From Enoplolaimus lenunculus (lineage: Eukaryota), in the NCBI GenBank assembly GCA_030248215.1, contig JASANG010001276.1:1-64000 (forward strand): DNA of 64,000 nt, in the 5' to 3' direction. How positions within the stretch are numbered: position 1 is the first letter of the stretch; each line of letters starts with the position of its first letter. Below, in pieces: positions 1 through 13,393 of the stretch. Position numbers and translations under genes: made by a program. A model generated the notes under the pieces. The model saw only the letters and a program-made list of their open reading frames with translations. It had not been told where the DNA came from and searched no databases.

Positions 1-473
1 CAACGATCCGGTAGCGATAAGTGTTTGCGTTCAGATGGTGTATACATTGCGAGCCCGAGATGGGAAACCCATCCCGGACGTGATCGGGCGGAGTAGCATA
101 ACTAGACCTAGTAGCCAACCTCGATCAAACCATAAGGAGTACCCGCCAAGGATGGGTGGCAAGGACTTTCGATCCAGGGTAACCTACCTTATAATATGCA
201 AAAGAACTTGTTAACATAAGCTAGAATGACAAGCTAAAACAAAGACGAAGTATATTTGCATGGTTACTACTTAGAAAAATGTATCAATGCCTAACTTCAA
301 AAGGCTGTATATATGTACTGCTTTAGTTGCGCTGTCAAATATAAAGAATATTTGTGAATGAAAAAACTTGTTTGCAACGATGTGATTTAGCCAATTTAGT
401 GTGAAAATGATCACTCGATTATTTATTGACATGAACGTATTTTTCATCGCAGTTATTCGGCTAATAATTCTAA

Positions 474-744
474 AGCTCTATTCACACGTGCGAGTTTTTG
501 CTGCGAGAACATGCAGCTGCAACCTTCACTTACACGTTTCGTCATAAAATCCCGATCGAAAAGCTTTGCAGCTGCAAAAAATCATAGCTAGAAATTTAGT
601 TCACATGTGTGAACAACCATACAAGTTCAATTGAATTTATTGCAGCCGCTTTCTCATTGGCTGATGAAAAAAATGTACGCTCTGCGTGCAATTTGCAGCT
701 GTAAGTTCTCGCAGCACAAACTTGTACGTGGGAATAGGGCTTAA
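474..744. mobile_element. Palindromic MITE; inverted copy at 61181-61443
   Basis: Ends GCTCTATTCACACGTGCGAGTT...AACTTGTACGTGGGAATAGGGC are inverted repeats, with TAA/TTAA flanks. The interior matches 61181-61443 in the opposite orientation. Confidence 0.75.
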
Positions 745-1499
745 GTTGACTGATGCAATTGTCGAAGAAATAGATACACAACTTAAAGTTTTGTGCTTCT
801 CAACTTTAGTTTCTTCTTAACGTTCATTCTACTAAAATTTTCTACAAGCACAGAAACGTTTTCAATTTGCAAAATTATACAACGTACACAATAACATGCG
901 TACACCTGGTGACTTTTGAGGGGGTAGTGTCACAGGACACTGAAGCCAAAAATTCTGGAAGTTGCATAAAAAATTAATGTTTCTTCAACTGGAACCTTAT
1001 AGTCTCACAAGCACACCGTTAATAACCGTTGATAACCATTGTCGAATGCTAATTCCGTGGCTTCGAACATTTGAGTTGTCGCAACCTGCACTGCTCGCCA
1101 TCACAACCAATTTGGAAACCCGCTAAGTCACATTTTCCTGCACCGGTCACTTTGCTGCCAAATATTGGGTCGTTTATATGCTAATCTATATATTCAGGTA
1201 TCAGCATTGCGCAACCAGTCTGGCCAATTACATGAACCATTCATAAACAAATCGGTTCATTAAACAACGCTTTACTAAAATTTGAAGCAGTGCTGGCTAC
1301 TTAACCCAACCTGCAGGGGGCCATTAAAACGGTTTCAAATATTAAAATCCAAATACGACTTTGGAGCAATTTTAATCTTAACAATTTTAAGAGGATATTA
1401 AATTGATATAACGATGAATTTGCTGCGTTTAAGAATTTTAAGTTATACCAGCTTGGTAATCTTTTTTAACATAAACTGTAACCGTTTTTACCTTTCAAC

Positions 1500-1961
1500 C
1501 AGGGTGCAACCGGAATTCCGGTTCCGGCATTTTTTCACCTTCCGGTTGCGGTTTCGGCATTTTTTCATCTTCCGACTACGGTTCCGGTAAATTTTTACCG
1601 GAATTAATAAGACCAGTATTAAAATTTAGTCGGTGGAAATTAAAATATTTTACTAAAAAATGACGATAAAAATTAAATAATTTCATTACGTAGTATATAG
1701 TATGCAAATCTTGACAATCGCCGAAAATAAACCATCGAAGTTAGATTTCGCTTCCGTGGATTATAAAACTCTAAAATACAACAGATAAAGTGAATAGCTA
1801 TCTCCAGCTAGGGTTATTTCACCAATATTATTGCAAAAATAAAAATAAAATAATTTTTTCGGTGGCATGTATTTTTCATTTTCCGGTTCCGTTTCCGGTA
1901 ATTTTTTCAAATTCCAATTCCGGTTCTGGTTCTGATAAATTGCAATTCCGGTTGCACCCTA
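1500..1961. mobile_element. Non-autonomous hAT-type element (MITE)
   Basis: TIRs CAGGGTGCAACCGGAATT / AATTCCGGTTGCACCCTA with a perfect 8-bp TSD CTTTCAAC (1492-1499, 1962-1969). Same family as 35405-35741. Confidence 0.9.
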
Positions 1962-2360
1962 CTTTCAACTTCACAACACTATGATTATTCTGCGTGACCA
2001 TGTAGGTAGCTTACACACCGTGTCAAATACCATTTTCTAGCTACACCTGAGTCTAAAATTTCTTAGCACAACCACAATTTGCCGTGTATATTCAAAAATA
2101 CACTGAACTCCCGGCCTGCTGCTATTGAGGAATAACAGTTTCCAGGAACGTGAACAAGTAAACGGTTAACAGTTAAACGCCAGCTAAGCATTATCCGAGT
2201 TTGTCAACGAGACTATGCTGCGCCAACACTTTACCGCTATTACTGACTCCAAAGGTACTCAAATGTTTCAACCCTCTTCTTTCGTTTGTATATTCAAAAA
2301 ACTATGTCACAAAAAAGCAAATTCCGCTGCAAACCGTTCTTTACTCATCAAGCTATTATT

Positions 2361-2587
2361 AGGAGCCATATTCTCAAATGCGTATAGCGCCTATCATCAG
2401 TTAGCGACAGGTTTTCAAACTGACGAAGTGCTGCAATTGTAGATATTAAAATTGGTCCAACAGTAAGGCAACTCAAACGCAAACAGTGCGCTGAATTTCA
2501 ATCCTCACTATGCGCTGGTACCCCAAAGTTACAGGACCTATCGCCAACTGGTGATAGGTGCTACGCACTTTTGAGAATACGGTCTCA
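2361..2587. mobile_element. Palindromic MITE; second copy at ~60951-61174
   Basis: Inverted ends GAGCCATATTCTCAAA...TTTGAGAATACGGTCTC; colinear homology with 60951-61174. Confidence 0.7.
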
Positions 2588-3716
2588 GGTTAGCAGTGTT
2601 TGAAAGTTTGAACAAAATTTCGACTCTTAATATACCTTCAATTGTTTACAATGCGCATCCTAGTTTCTTCTTTGGAATTTTTGAAAAGTACGACCTGGTA
2701 TTTGGTTATTCCACAACCGGTATATACTTACCAAAACCATGGTTTCATTCTGTTCAATTTTTTTGCATATTTGGACGTTCATTATTGGTCATTGCACTGC
2801 TAACTTTAAATGCCCGCTAACACTGAAACCGAATTGGTTTAGACCCAATTCAATTTCTTAATTTTGCGGGGATATCCAACGCATTTTAAGCACGTCTTGT
2901 TGTACGTATTGTTTTTATAAAATTTCACATACTGAGTAATAGATCAACAAACCTGAACGCTTAAATATATACTCAACCCCATTTTCCTTTAGTAACCTAC
3001 ACCGACGATACTACGACACCTGGAATGTTCCCACGACCCAACCATTATATATATATCAAAGTAATCAGCTTCAAAATAACCATTTTACCGATTCAAATGA
3101 CAAAGCATTTTGTACTTCACTAAATATAAATACAAAGTTAGGCATTGAAAACTGAACCAGTTACTATACGCTCAACCCAGCGACAAAGCTTTCAATGTCT
3201 TCTAATAATTTATAGTATCCCATAACAGACAATCAAATCCCTTGCTCAAATATTTATTTTCTACATATTTTCAAGCCGACGGGACCTAAACATAGAATCA
3301 ATCTTTCCCAAATCATATATTTGTATGTGGTTGTGCCAAATGATACAAACTGCTGCGGTGTACCATTGATCTACTAAACAATGCATCTCGTTGCACGTTT
3401 AACGGGTAAATGGGAATTGATATATACACCGACACGCCTTTGAAAACCACTATCATTTTATAAGTTTTCAGTATTTTTCACATGACAATCGTTTTATTGC
3501 GATTCCAGGGCCATAATTTGTATAAAGCGGTGGTTCCCCGAAATTAACAGGGGGTGCAATATATATACAACTCGTGAGCGAAGCAAGCGAGAAGTCAAAA
3601 ACAATTTTTTCGGCACAAAAAAAGATGTAGTATATTCCATAAGAAATTTATGATAGGAACGTTACCGTCTCAGTCTGACCTTACACCTGATTACACGTTG
3701 GACAACCGGTTTTAAC

Positions 3717-4120
3717 TAGGGTTGTGCCGATTAATCGGCATCAGCATCGGCATCGGTAATAATCAGCTGTTTTCGTGAGTATCGGCATCGGCATCAGCAC
3801 TGCAAAAAAACTGCCGATTCTTTGCCGAAACTTTTTGCACATAACAGTCAGTTTGAATGCTATCTATTTCATTTCTGGGCACATATCAGTGTGTCCGGTC
3901 AGGAAAACTGATATCTTTCTTGCGTTTGTGTTTGAAAAAAATAATTGAAATGAACCGTTCGTCTAAAATTATAATCGTTTATGATGGTTAGGGTTTAAGT
4001 CTTGATATAATGATGCAATGTAGTATCCTATCTGTTTACTAAGCATAGTGTACTAAAGTTGGAATCGGCATTGGCATCGGTATCGGCATTGGCAAAAATT
4101 TTGGTATCGGCACATCCCTA
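3717..4120. mobile_element. Non-autonomous hAT-type element with (ATCGGC)n subterminal repeats
   Basis: TIRs TAGGGTTGTGCCGAT / ATCGGCACATCCCTA with a perfect 8-bp TSD GTTTTAAC (3709-3716, 4121-4128). Relatives near 30386-31359, 34085-34255, 37950-38136 and 42840-42952. Confidence 0.9.
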
Positions 4121-5502
4121 GTTTTAACCTCGAATATTGTTTTTTAAACTGCTTTTTGCGCTATAGGGCTATTAGAATTTATGAATTCGAAGCCACATCC
4201 TATAGTGCATATTTTTTAAAATATTTAATTACCGATATGTTTTTAGGCAAACAGCTACGACTACGGCTTACTGTAAACAATTTTCATTAGATGTTTCAAA
4301 TAAACGGACGCTCTAAAAATTCAAATCTTGTTGATCTGGCGACAAAACCTGTTCGCAAATTCCAACGACACATAAGCTTTAACGACTCAATTACACATGC
4401 GAGTTGAGTTGCTTACTAGCGCTCCAAAAAAGCATACATCTAAATTGATGATCACTAGTATCTTTTGACAAGAGTATGCAACTACGTACATTCGGTGTAC
4501 AAAAAACGTTCCCAATACAAACTGCGCTTGCACATACCTAACCACATTTATGGTGTGAAGGTGAAAAGAATAGAGTCGTTTCTGAACAAAAGTTGCCGGA
4601 GCCCAGGGTGAGGCGAAATTAGGTAGTTACAAAGATATTTAATTTGGTAAATTTAGCAAATATCTGCAATGTGCTGTTAAATCGTTTAATTTTACGCTTA
4701 TTTTTTACTAATGTTAAAACGAAACGCTCCAAACAGTTAAATTTTATGAAACTTTGCACAAATTTCATCACCGAAATTGCCGGAACCTCCGGCAAAAATT
4801 CTACCGGAACCGGAAGTCGTAGGCAGACCTCCGGTTGTATCTTGGTGGGATGGGTTATTTTTTGTAAGCTAGTATTGCATTTTACCGTTATATAGAATGA
4901 TCCCCAGGAGCCGGAGTCGGAAGTTGATTTTCTTCCGGAGTCGGAGCCGTAGGCAGACCTTCGGTTGTATCCCGGTGGGAAGGATTATATTTTTTGCTAG
5001 TATTGCATCTTATCGTTATATAGAATGCTCCAATTGTACTTTAAACAGATTCAGTTGATCTTGCTTCAATCCGCGATTTGAATTGCTCATGGAAACCGGC
5101 CGCCCTCAAAAGTCCGATGGACGACCGGCTCCCAAAAATCAAACAGCGCCGCCATATTTTATACCACGCAATATTTGACAAGTTACTCACTCTTGTCAAC
5201 AATTATTGTCGACTCTTTTTTGAATGTGGAATATTCAAATTTGTTTAACTTTTCAGCCACGATTAAATCGAGTTAAATGTAAAATATACCATATTGTGTT
5301 TGTGTACGTAAACCGGATGCTCTTAGTAAATATTTAATACATATGTCATAACTCATAACTACTTATCACAATAATTGATAACCACTGGCTAATTGTCTAC
5401 AGAATCAGTGAACTGAACACAAAAGTATTGTAACTGTCGCAGACTTTGTTGCTAAAGAAATTTTTTTGTTCGTAGGACGTTTGGATAAAAGGACAAAAAA
5501 CT

Positions 5503-5564
5503 ATGATCATATATCGTTTCAACACTCTAAACATTAATTGCGTGTCGGTTCTTTTGGTGCTAGC

Positions 5565-5607
<43 letters not shown>

Positions 5608-7392
5608 CTGGCATCAGACAGCACCTCAGCTGATAATCACGTGACAAACTGTTTTATCACTTGCGTTACAGAATTTTCCCACGAGCTTGCAGGTCAACTG
5701 GATAATAACGACGAATCTTCACACCATGGCCGAACCGAATTTCAATGGAGTCATTTGTTTTATGTTAAAGAAACCAGCGTTGAACAGTCGAAAATAAGAT
5801 TTGACGCAATATGCAAGTAAGTATAGGGCGGATCCAGAAGGTGTACGGGGGAACGCCCACGTCAAAATTTTTTTTTATACAACAGTAAGATCCCAACCTT
5901 ACAATTTTTTCCTTTCCGATTCACTAGCGGATCCAGAAGGGGTACGGGGGTACGCCCCCACGTCAAAATTTTTTTGTGATACAAAGGTAAAATCCCTACC
6001 GAACAATTGTTTCCTTTCAGAAAATTTATTATAAAAAATACAACTTTTCCTTAGAATTTTTTTCTGATAAAATGATAAGGTTTTTCTACCTTTTAATTAT
6101 TGCGTTTCATTACATTTGTTAGCCCGCCCCACCCCTGTCTGAAATTTCTTGATTCGTCTCTGCCTAAATTATTTAAGTACAGGGTTCAGCGTTGGCCACA
6201 CCGGCAACCAGTTCCAGTTCTGTAGTATATGCTGCTTCTAAAATGAAACGTACAATTTAAGCAAGACTATTAAGTAGGCATATTACTTCCCACTTCTATG
6301 AATAATACAATATTGAAAAAAAACCGGACCAAGATTCAGGGTGCAACCGGAATTCCGAAATCCGGTATTTTTCGCTATCCGGTTCCGGTAAGAAATCCAG
6401 TATTTTTTCACCGGAATTTTCCGGTATTTGCGGTATTGAATATTTTTTCTCATTCGAAAATTTACGAAAAATTGGCGTATTATTCTAACTTATTTATCTA
6501 AAATTGTTCGAGCGTGTATTGCCAAACATTTCAATTTGTGCCATACTTATATGTTTCCATCTACTGCATTTGTTTCAGGATTTTGACATTCTAAATGATG
6601 TGTTTACAGCATTAAAAGCGATAAAATAGCGCTTACAATGAATTTTTCGGTAACAAATATTTTTTATTTTCCGGCTCCGGTTTCGGTTCCGGTATATTTT
6701 ATCTTTCCGGTTCCGGTATTTTATAATTCCGGTTGCATTTTGCCAAGATTAAATCACAACCTTGGATAATAGTTTATAATCAGTACCAACTATACAATTC
6801 ACTGTAAATAAACATGAATTGACTACATCGCAAACAAAAAACACCTTATATTTCGTTCTAACAACCGAGTAAATTTCTTGTTTCACAATCTTGAACCAGG
6901 ATGCAACCGGAATTCCTATTCCGGCTAGAATTCCGATTCAAAACTAGTTCCGATCCCGATTCTGATTGCACAATCAATCGGGATCGTAATTTTTAAACTT
7001 TAATTTTAATACTGTTTGTTGTGATATGTTATGTTGCATAAATATTTTGTATTATTTATCCATTAAATTGTTTTCGATGAGTTAAACTTATCAACAATTG
7101 ATTGTAGTTTAGATTTACAGAACCAACAAAAAGATTGCCAATTTGTACATGCGACGTTTTTTGCCAATTGTTGCCAGCCAACAGACACCCTAAATCAATA
7201 TTATACTTGTTAATACAAATTATCCGTACACTCACAAATTTTCTAATTCCGATTCCGATTAGAATTCCGGTATAAATTTGCTGTTCCGATTCCGGTATAA
7301 TTCAGTTCGGCTTTGCACCCTGCTGACTGTATTCGAAATAGATATTTAAAACAATTGGATACAAAAATAAGAAATAATAATAAAAAAAAAAA

Positions 7393-7429
<37 letters not shown>

Positions 7430-10400
7430 CAAACTTTCAGGCAATATATCGAATTAAAAACGTGTGCAACAGAAAAATGCAACGACAGCAAACGCTTAAC
7501 GCAGCTCACAGTGGTATTGCAGCAAAACTGGGGAGTCATCGACTTAATATGCGTTCAAAGACGTGAAGGTAAATTTACACATACGATGGCTCTACGCCAC
7601 AACTGGTTATAATGTATTGTATGCAGACAGTAGACAGTACACAAATCGACTAAAACCTACGCGTAAATATAGGGCTCAAAATAACCTTTACTATACCTAA
7701 ACGCAGGAGCCCGCCTCGCACTCTTACTGTAATGACTCGAATAAGAGGGGACAATATTTATTTTGCCTCTCCAGAGGGTATTTCTATTCAGAGTGGCACC
7801 GAGTCCACGATTTGATCGAATCGGAATTCATTGCTAATTTGCCGAATGCGAAACCGAGTCCGAATCTTGAGTGTTGCAAATTTCAGGTATATCTATAATT
7901 TGTCTCAGAATATCAACGCAATGCCAGTCGCATAACTTTTAAACATTAATATATTTCGTGCCCAACCTCAGTTCTGAGATTTGTGACCTGAAAAAATACT
8001 GATTTATATGATTAGTTATTTAAAATTTTTATTGCTTTCAAATGAAAAAAACATGTTGTCGAACATCGTTGAATTCGGTTTTTGGATTCGGATTTTTTAC
8101 AACCGAATACCAATCAGAACCACAAAATTTTGCCGAATCCGAATCCGAGCCTTTATTGCTACTTTGCCTCTTGTATTCGCTTTTACGGACTGTTATTTAT
8201 TTTCAATCCACCAAATATTCCCACACAGTTCTTTTTATATTATTTCTATAAGGTAGAACTGATTTGCTCCGAAGCATGAACTCAAATCGATATTATTTCA
8301 GATTTCAAGAACTCAAATCCATATTATTTCAGATTTCAAGGTCTCAAATCCATATTGTTTCAGATTTCAAGAACTCTAATCCATATTATTTCAGATTTCA
8401 AGAACTCAAATCGATATTATTTCAGATTTCAAGAACTCAAATCCATATGATTTCAGATTTCAAGAACTCAAATCCATATTATTTCAGATTTCAAGAACTC
8501 TAATCCATATAATTTCAGATTTCAAGAACTCTAATCCATATTATTTCAGATTTCAAGAACTCAAATCCATATTATTTCAGATTTCAAGAACTCAAATCGA
8601 TATTATTTCAGATTTCAAGAATTCAAATCCATATTATTTCAGATTTCAAGGTCTCAAATCCATATTATTTCAGATTTCAAGAACTCAAATCGATATTATT
8701 TCAGATTTCAAGAACTCAAATCCATATTATTTCAGATTTCAAGGTCTCAAATCCATATTATTTCAGATTTCAAGGTCTCAAATCCATATTATTTCAGATT
8801 TCAAGAACTCAAATCCATATTATTTCAGATTTCAAGAACTCAAATCCATATTATTTCAGATTTCAAGGTCTCAAATCCATATTGTTTCAGATTTCAAGAA
8901 CTCAAATCCATATTATTTCAGATTTCAAGGTCTCAAATCCATATTATTTCAGATTTTAAGAACTCAAATCCATATTATTTCAGATTTCAAGAACTCAAAT
9001 CCATATTATTTCAGATTTCAAGGTCTCAAATCCATATTATTTCACATTTCAAAAACTCAAATCCATATTATTTCAGATTTTAAGAACTCAAATCCATATT
9101 GTTTCAGATTTCAAGAACTCTAATCCATATTATTTCAGATTTCAAGAACTCAAATCCATATTATTTCAGATTTTAAGAACTCAAATCCATATTATTTCAG
9201 ATTTCAAGAACTCTAATCCATATAATTTCAGATTTCAAGAACTCAAATCCATATTATTTCAGATTTCAAGGTCTCAAATCCATATTATTTCAGATTTCAA
9301 GAACTCAAATCCATATAATTTCAAATTTCAAGAACTCAAATCCATATTATTTCAGATTTCAAGGTCTCAAATCCATATTATTTCAGATTTCAAGAACTCA
9401 AATCCATATTATTTCAGATTTTAAGAACTCAAATCCATATTATTTCAGATTTCAAGAACTCTAATCCATATAATTTCAGATTTCAAGAACTCAAATCCAT
9501 ATTATTTCAGATTTCAAGGTCTCAAATCCATATTATTTCAGATTTCAAGAACTCAAATCCATATAATTTCAGATTTCAAGAACTCAAATCCATATTATTT
9601 CAGATTTCAAGAACTCAAATCCATATTATTTCAGATTTCACGGTCTCAAATCCATATTATTTCAGATTTCAAGAACTCAAATCCATATTATTTCAGATTT
9701 TAAGAACTCAAATCCATATTATTTCAGATTTCAAGAACTCAAATCCATATAATTTCAAATTTCAAGAACTCAAATCCTTATTATTTCAGATTTCAAGGTC
9801 TCAAATCCATATTATTTCAGATTTCAAGGTCTCAAATCCATATTATTTCAGATTTCAAAAACTCAAATCCATATTATTTCAGATTTCAAGGTCTCAAATC
9901 CATATTATTTCAGATTTCGAGAAAAACCTACCTTGCCTATACGAGCATCAACAAAGCATATCATCGTCGTGCAAACAGCACGAACTGGTTGCAATCAACG
10001 GCCTCGAAAAGTTTTTAGTTCAAAACGGCGAGCTGAACGCTGACTCAATGGCGTATTTAGATACATTTTGCAGGTACACAATCATCGATTACATGAATGA
10101 TATTTTTAGTCAAGTGTTTAATACTTGAATAAGCCCGGCTTATGCTTGAAAATATATAAAACTTGATCATAGTTCGACGGAAGTAAAGCTAACGGTTTTG
10201 ACAAGTGTAGATAGTCGAAGATATAAACAATGGCTGGGTTTTTGAAATCCTATTGACTTAGGTACGACTTCACGCTTCAGTATTTATTATATATTATAAG
10301 CAATTACTTAATAAATTTATCGTTTCTGAAAACGTAGTTAAGTTAAGTAAATACTTCAGTCACTCATCAAAATTAGTGACTTACACTCTATATATCTGTT

Positions 10401-11775
10401 GCGGCATAATATCCGTGGTGTAATTGAGATTGTATGCTCATAGAATTTGCTTAGTATGAAGCAAGTTTCTGGCTTTCAAATGGCACTTAATGACCCATAA
10501 TTCGCATTTACATTATGTCCAGAACGTCAACTAATTACTACTGTCAATGACTTGTAAGTACTTAGCAAAACTTAAGTATAAAAAATTCTTAAGATTTTAG
10601 AAACACATGCAACGTCTTTAATTTTATATATTTTGAACAAAGTTTAGATATTTGGTGATAGTCTTTGTAATACAAAGTTTTAGCTGTAAAATGACTCAAT
10701 AATAAGTTCAGTTTTATTTCCAGCAAAAACACTATCCTTCCAGCTTCTTAATTTATCATAGACAGTAGACGTGCACAAAATAAACTAAAGTTTTTAATTT
10801 GAGATACCTATCTATTTCCGTTTTTGTTCTGGCTATCAAATTCTAAATATCCACTTTCTCACGAATTCTAAACAAAAAACACATTGCCCTAAACTTCACT
10901 TAAAATTAAACCGGAGCATATACACAAAATTCACAGTTTACCAGATACACCTTGGTATTTCATACTCTATTTGGTTTCCATATTTCAGATATACACGTAA
11001 AACTGTCAACTGTATGATCCCGCGCTTGACGCGAACTTGCAGCAAATCGGCTACGTCGCTCGTAACCCGAATGCTTGAAATGACGTTTAGAAATTTTCAG
11101 CAATTATTCGAGCAACTCGAAATGCAACACTCGCTTCCACCCGCGTGCTACTATTTCTTGTCACTTAATGGACAACATATCCAGCATCAACACGCCAACG
11201 ACTCAAAACAACACGATCAACAGCAGCAGCAACCACAACAACAACAACAACCGCAACTACAACGACAACACCTAAATATCCATAGTTCTCCAGGTGTGAT
11301 TGGTTCAATCTCAACGACTACATATCCAACAGCATTTCAGTCCGTCGATCATTATTCATACTATTCGAAGCACACCGATGCCAGTACTGACTCATTGGAA
11401 ACACCATCGAAAAACAACAATCAACAGCCGTACTCTTACGATACTCTAATACAAGGCTTCTATCCAACAATCGCCCAAGGCGTTCAAAGTATGTCGACTA
11501 CGGATATGCCACTGGATGATGCATCATATTCACGAGAATATTCAAATAATCAACTCATATCCGGTCAACAAAATGCAAACAGCGAACACCAAAACACTAT
11601 GTGGGAAGGACAGCGTCGTCAAGAGAGTTTAAACGATGATTCTAGAAGCGTAAGACGTCACAAAAACCCAAAGAGCCAATCAAACCAGATACAAAACAAC
11701 ATCGCTGAAACGCAACGCAACAACCGCTTTACTTATTTAGTATTATTTACGTATATAGTCTACTCGATGTATTAA
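5503..11775 (+). CDS. Secreted, possibly GPI-anchored Cys-rich protein with a CPG4/DUF19-like domain (~462 aa, 4 exons)
   Basis: Exons 5503-5816, 7441-7568, 9914-10073 and 10989-11775 have GT-AG ends and matching phases (2,1,2), totalling 1389 nt with no stops. Hydrophobic N-terminus. The Cys pattern NCFITCVTEF...FDAICKQYIELKTCATEKC...LICVQRREDFEKNLPCL...SSC...TFCRYTRKTVNCMIPRLTRTC resembles nematode CPG4-domain proteins (pattern recognition only). Then a Q/S/T/N-rich stalk and a hydrophobic C-terminal tail FTYLVLFTYIVYSMY. Confidence 0.75.
5566..5607 (+). repeat. (ACA)14 coding microsatellite (poly-Thr)
   Basis: Perfect ACA run inside exon 1 of the CPG4-like gene. Confidence 0.95.
6337..6742. 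mobile_element. Non-autonomous hAT-type MITE
   Basis: CAGGGTGCAACCGGAATT...AATTCCGGTTGCATTTTG with 8-bp TSD CCAAGATT on both sides. Confidence 0.85.
6897..7322. mobile_element. hAT-type MITE with (TTCCGA)n subterminal repeats; relatives ~16062-16368, ~43927-44329, ~33984-34530
   Basis: CAGGATGCAACCGG...CTTTGCACCCTG ends; shared internal sequence with the other copies. Confidence 0.7.
7373..7428. repeat. (AAT)n / poly-A microsatellite just upstream of the exon 2 acceptor
   Basis: Read directly from the sequence. Confidence 0.9.
8279..9918 (+). repeat. 31-bp tandem minisatellite, ~53 copies, intronic
   Basis: Unit AGATTTCAAGAACTCAAATCCATATTATTTC (period 31, e.g. CTCAAAT at 8281 and 8312), with recurrent variants GGTCTC, CTCTAAT, TCGAT and TTTTAAG. 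Confidence 0.97.
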
Positions 11776-12093
11776 TATGTACGAGGAACATGGGCTCAGC
11801 TTTCATGTTTTAAAACTTAAAAACGACGACGAGACCGTTTTCTAAGAAAAAATGTAACAATATATATTGGCACGTTCACAAACTTGTAAAATATATTAAC
11901 TTACAGATTAGACACGAACATAAACACCAGAAACATACACATTCATCAAATGCCAAATTTAGCATTTAAATTTTAAATCCAGGTTCGAGTACCACAGTAT
12001 CCGTAGCAAAATCTTTATGAAGAGCCTTACAGTATATATAATAAATAAATAATATATACATATATAATATAATATATATACACATACATATAT

Positions 12094-12466
12094 CAGGGTT
12101 CAACCGAAATTCCTGTTCCGGCCGCAATTCCTGCAAAAATTCAATTCCTGTTGCTGTTCCTGCATTTAAAGATGCAGGAACCGGCATTTTTACGGTTTTG
12201 TCGCAAATTATGCCTAATCATTTTAACATTGGAAACTTTGTGGTTAAAAAATTGTTATTTTGACTATAGTGTTTTTCCAATTACTTCAATTTCTTTTAAT
12301 AAACTGTTTCTGTTGTGTTTTCAGTAGAAAACAGCTAAAAATTGGCTTAAGCCGTTTTTTTGGCAAAATTGTCTGAAAAGTCCAACAGTAATTCGGAGAT
12401 GAAAATTATTTCAAATTCCGGTTCCTGTTCCGGTTCCTGCAAAACTTAGTTCCTGTTGGAACCCTG
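12094..12466. mobile_element. hAT-type MITE with (TTCCTG)n subterminal repeats
   Basis: CAGGGTTCAACC...GTTGGAACCCTG with 8-bp TSD ACATATAT; homologous to ~31810-32229. Confidence 0.85.
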
Positions 12467-12857
12467 ACATATATATATATATATATATACACATATATAT
12501 CGGATTTATTTGGTTGAATACGTAGTAGAGGCCACAAATTTTTCTAGTTAATGTTGTTGAATTGACTTAACATAATAACTGGTTTGAACAATCTGACCAA
12601 GTAAACAAGAAACTAAAACTAATAATTAGCCATTACCCTTGTTAGCTTGTGACGAATTTGTTTACCAGGTGCTTGACAGAGGTATTCGAAAGGCGCTAAC
12701 AAAATCTAAAATAAAAGAAATAAAGACTGAATATATATGTACAACATAAAATGGCCGACATCAGAGATATACGCAAATTTTATAGCCATAATCAACTGAA
12801 GTGCACACAAATTGAGACATTTAAATTTTACGAATCGGAACCAAACATACTAAAACC

Positions 12858-13034
12858 GGCCAATGTTACTTTAAGGGGCATAACAGTAAATTATGCGTAT
12901 TCCTAATCCTAAGCCTAAGCGTTGCAAAAATGTGTTCCTAAGCCTAAGCCTAAGCAAAAAAATGTAATCTAGAATCTAAACCTACAATTTTAGACTCACC
13001 AGAAACCTGCACGCTCCTTAAAGCAACATGGTCC
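12858..13034. mobile_element. MITE carrying short (GCCTAA)n telomere-type repeats
   Basis: TIRs GGCCAATGTTACTTTAAGG...CCTTAAAGCAACATGGTCC with internal CCTAAGCCTAAG. Reverse-oriented copy at 59099-59248. Confidence 0.75.
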
Positions 13035-13393
13035 CTAAAACCAAAAAAATCAATAAAACAACTTTTGAATTTAATCCGTAACCATTAAACATAGTTTAAA
13101 ACTATTTTTCGTTAAAGTCAACCATAATATTCAAATATTACATAAATTTTTGATCGTGTTTACTGCTATTCGACAGAGTAACGGCCGAAGAAATATGCCA
13201 CACAATCTTCCGTTAATATCATTACAACTACAAATCGGTTTAACCTTATCAATCTCGGAGTGATCTGCCTTTTCATCAGTGCTATCTGACATGTCGCAAT
13301 CACAGTTCAGTGTGAAATGTAGTTAGAAAATATTTAAGTAATCTTAAACTTGGCTAAAAATACATTTTTTAACAACAGTCTGACATATACAAC

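Noticed and set aside
4810..6020. Short direct duplications (~4810-5030 and ~5827-6015)
   Set aside because: These are local tandem duplications of MITE ends, with no sign of independent function.
8264..8503. 79-aa ORF in the minisatellite as a standalone gene
   Set aside because: It is only the repeat read through three frames until a TAA variant.
8279..9918. CRISPR-like array
   Set aside because: The 31-bp units are contiguous with no unique spacers, there are no cas genes, and the context is a eukaryotic intron.
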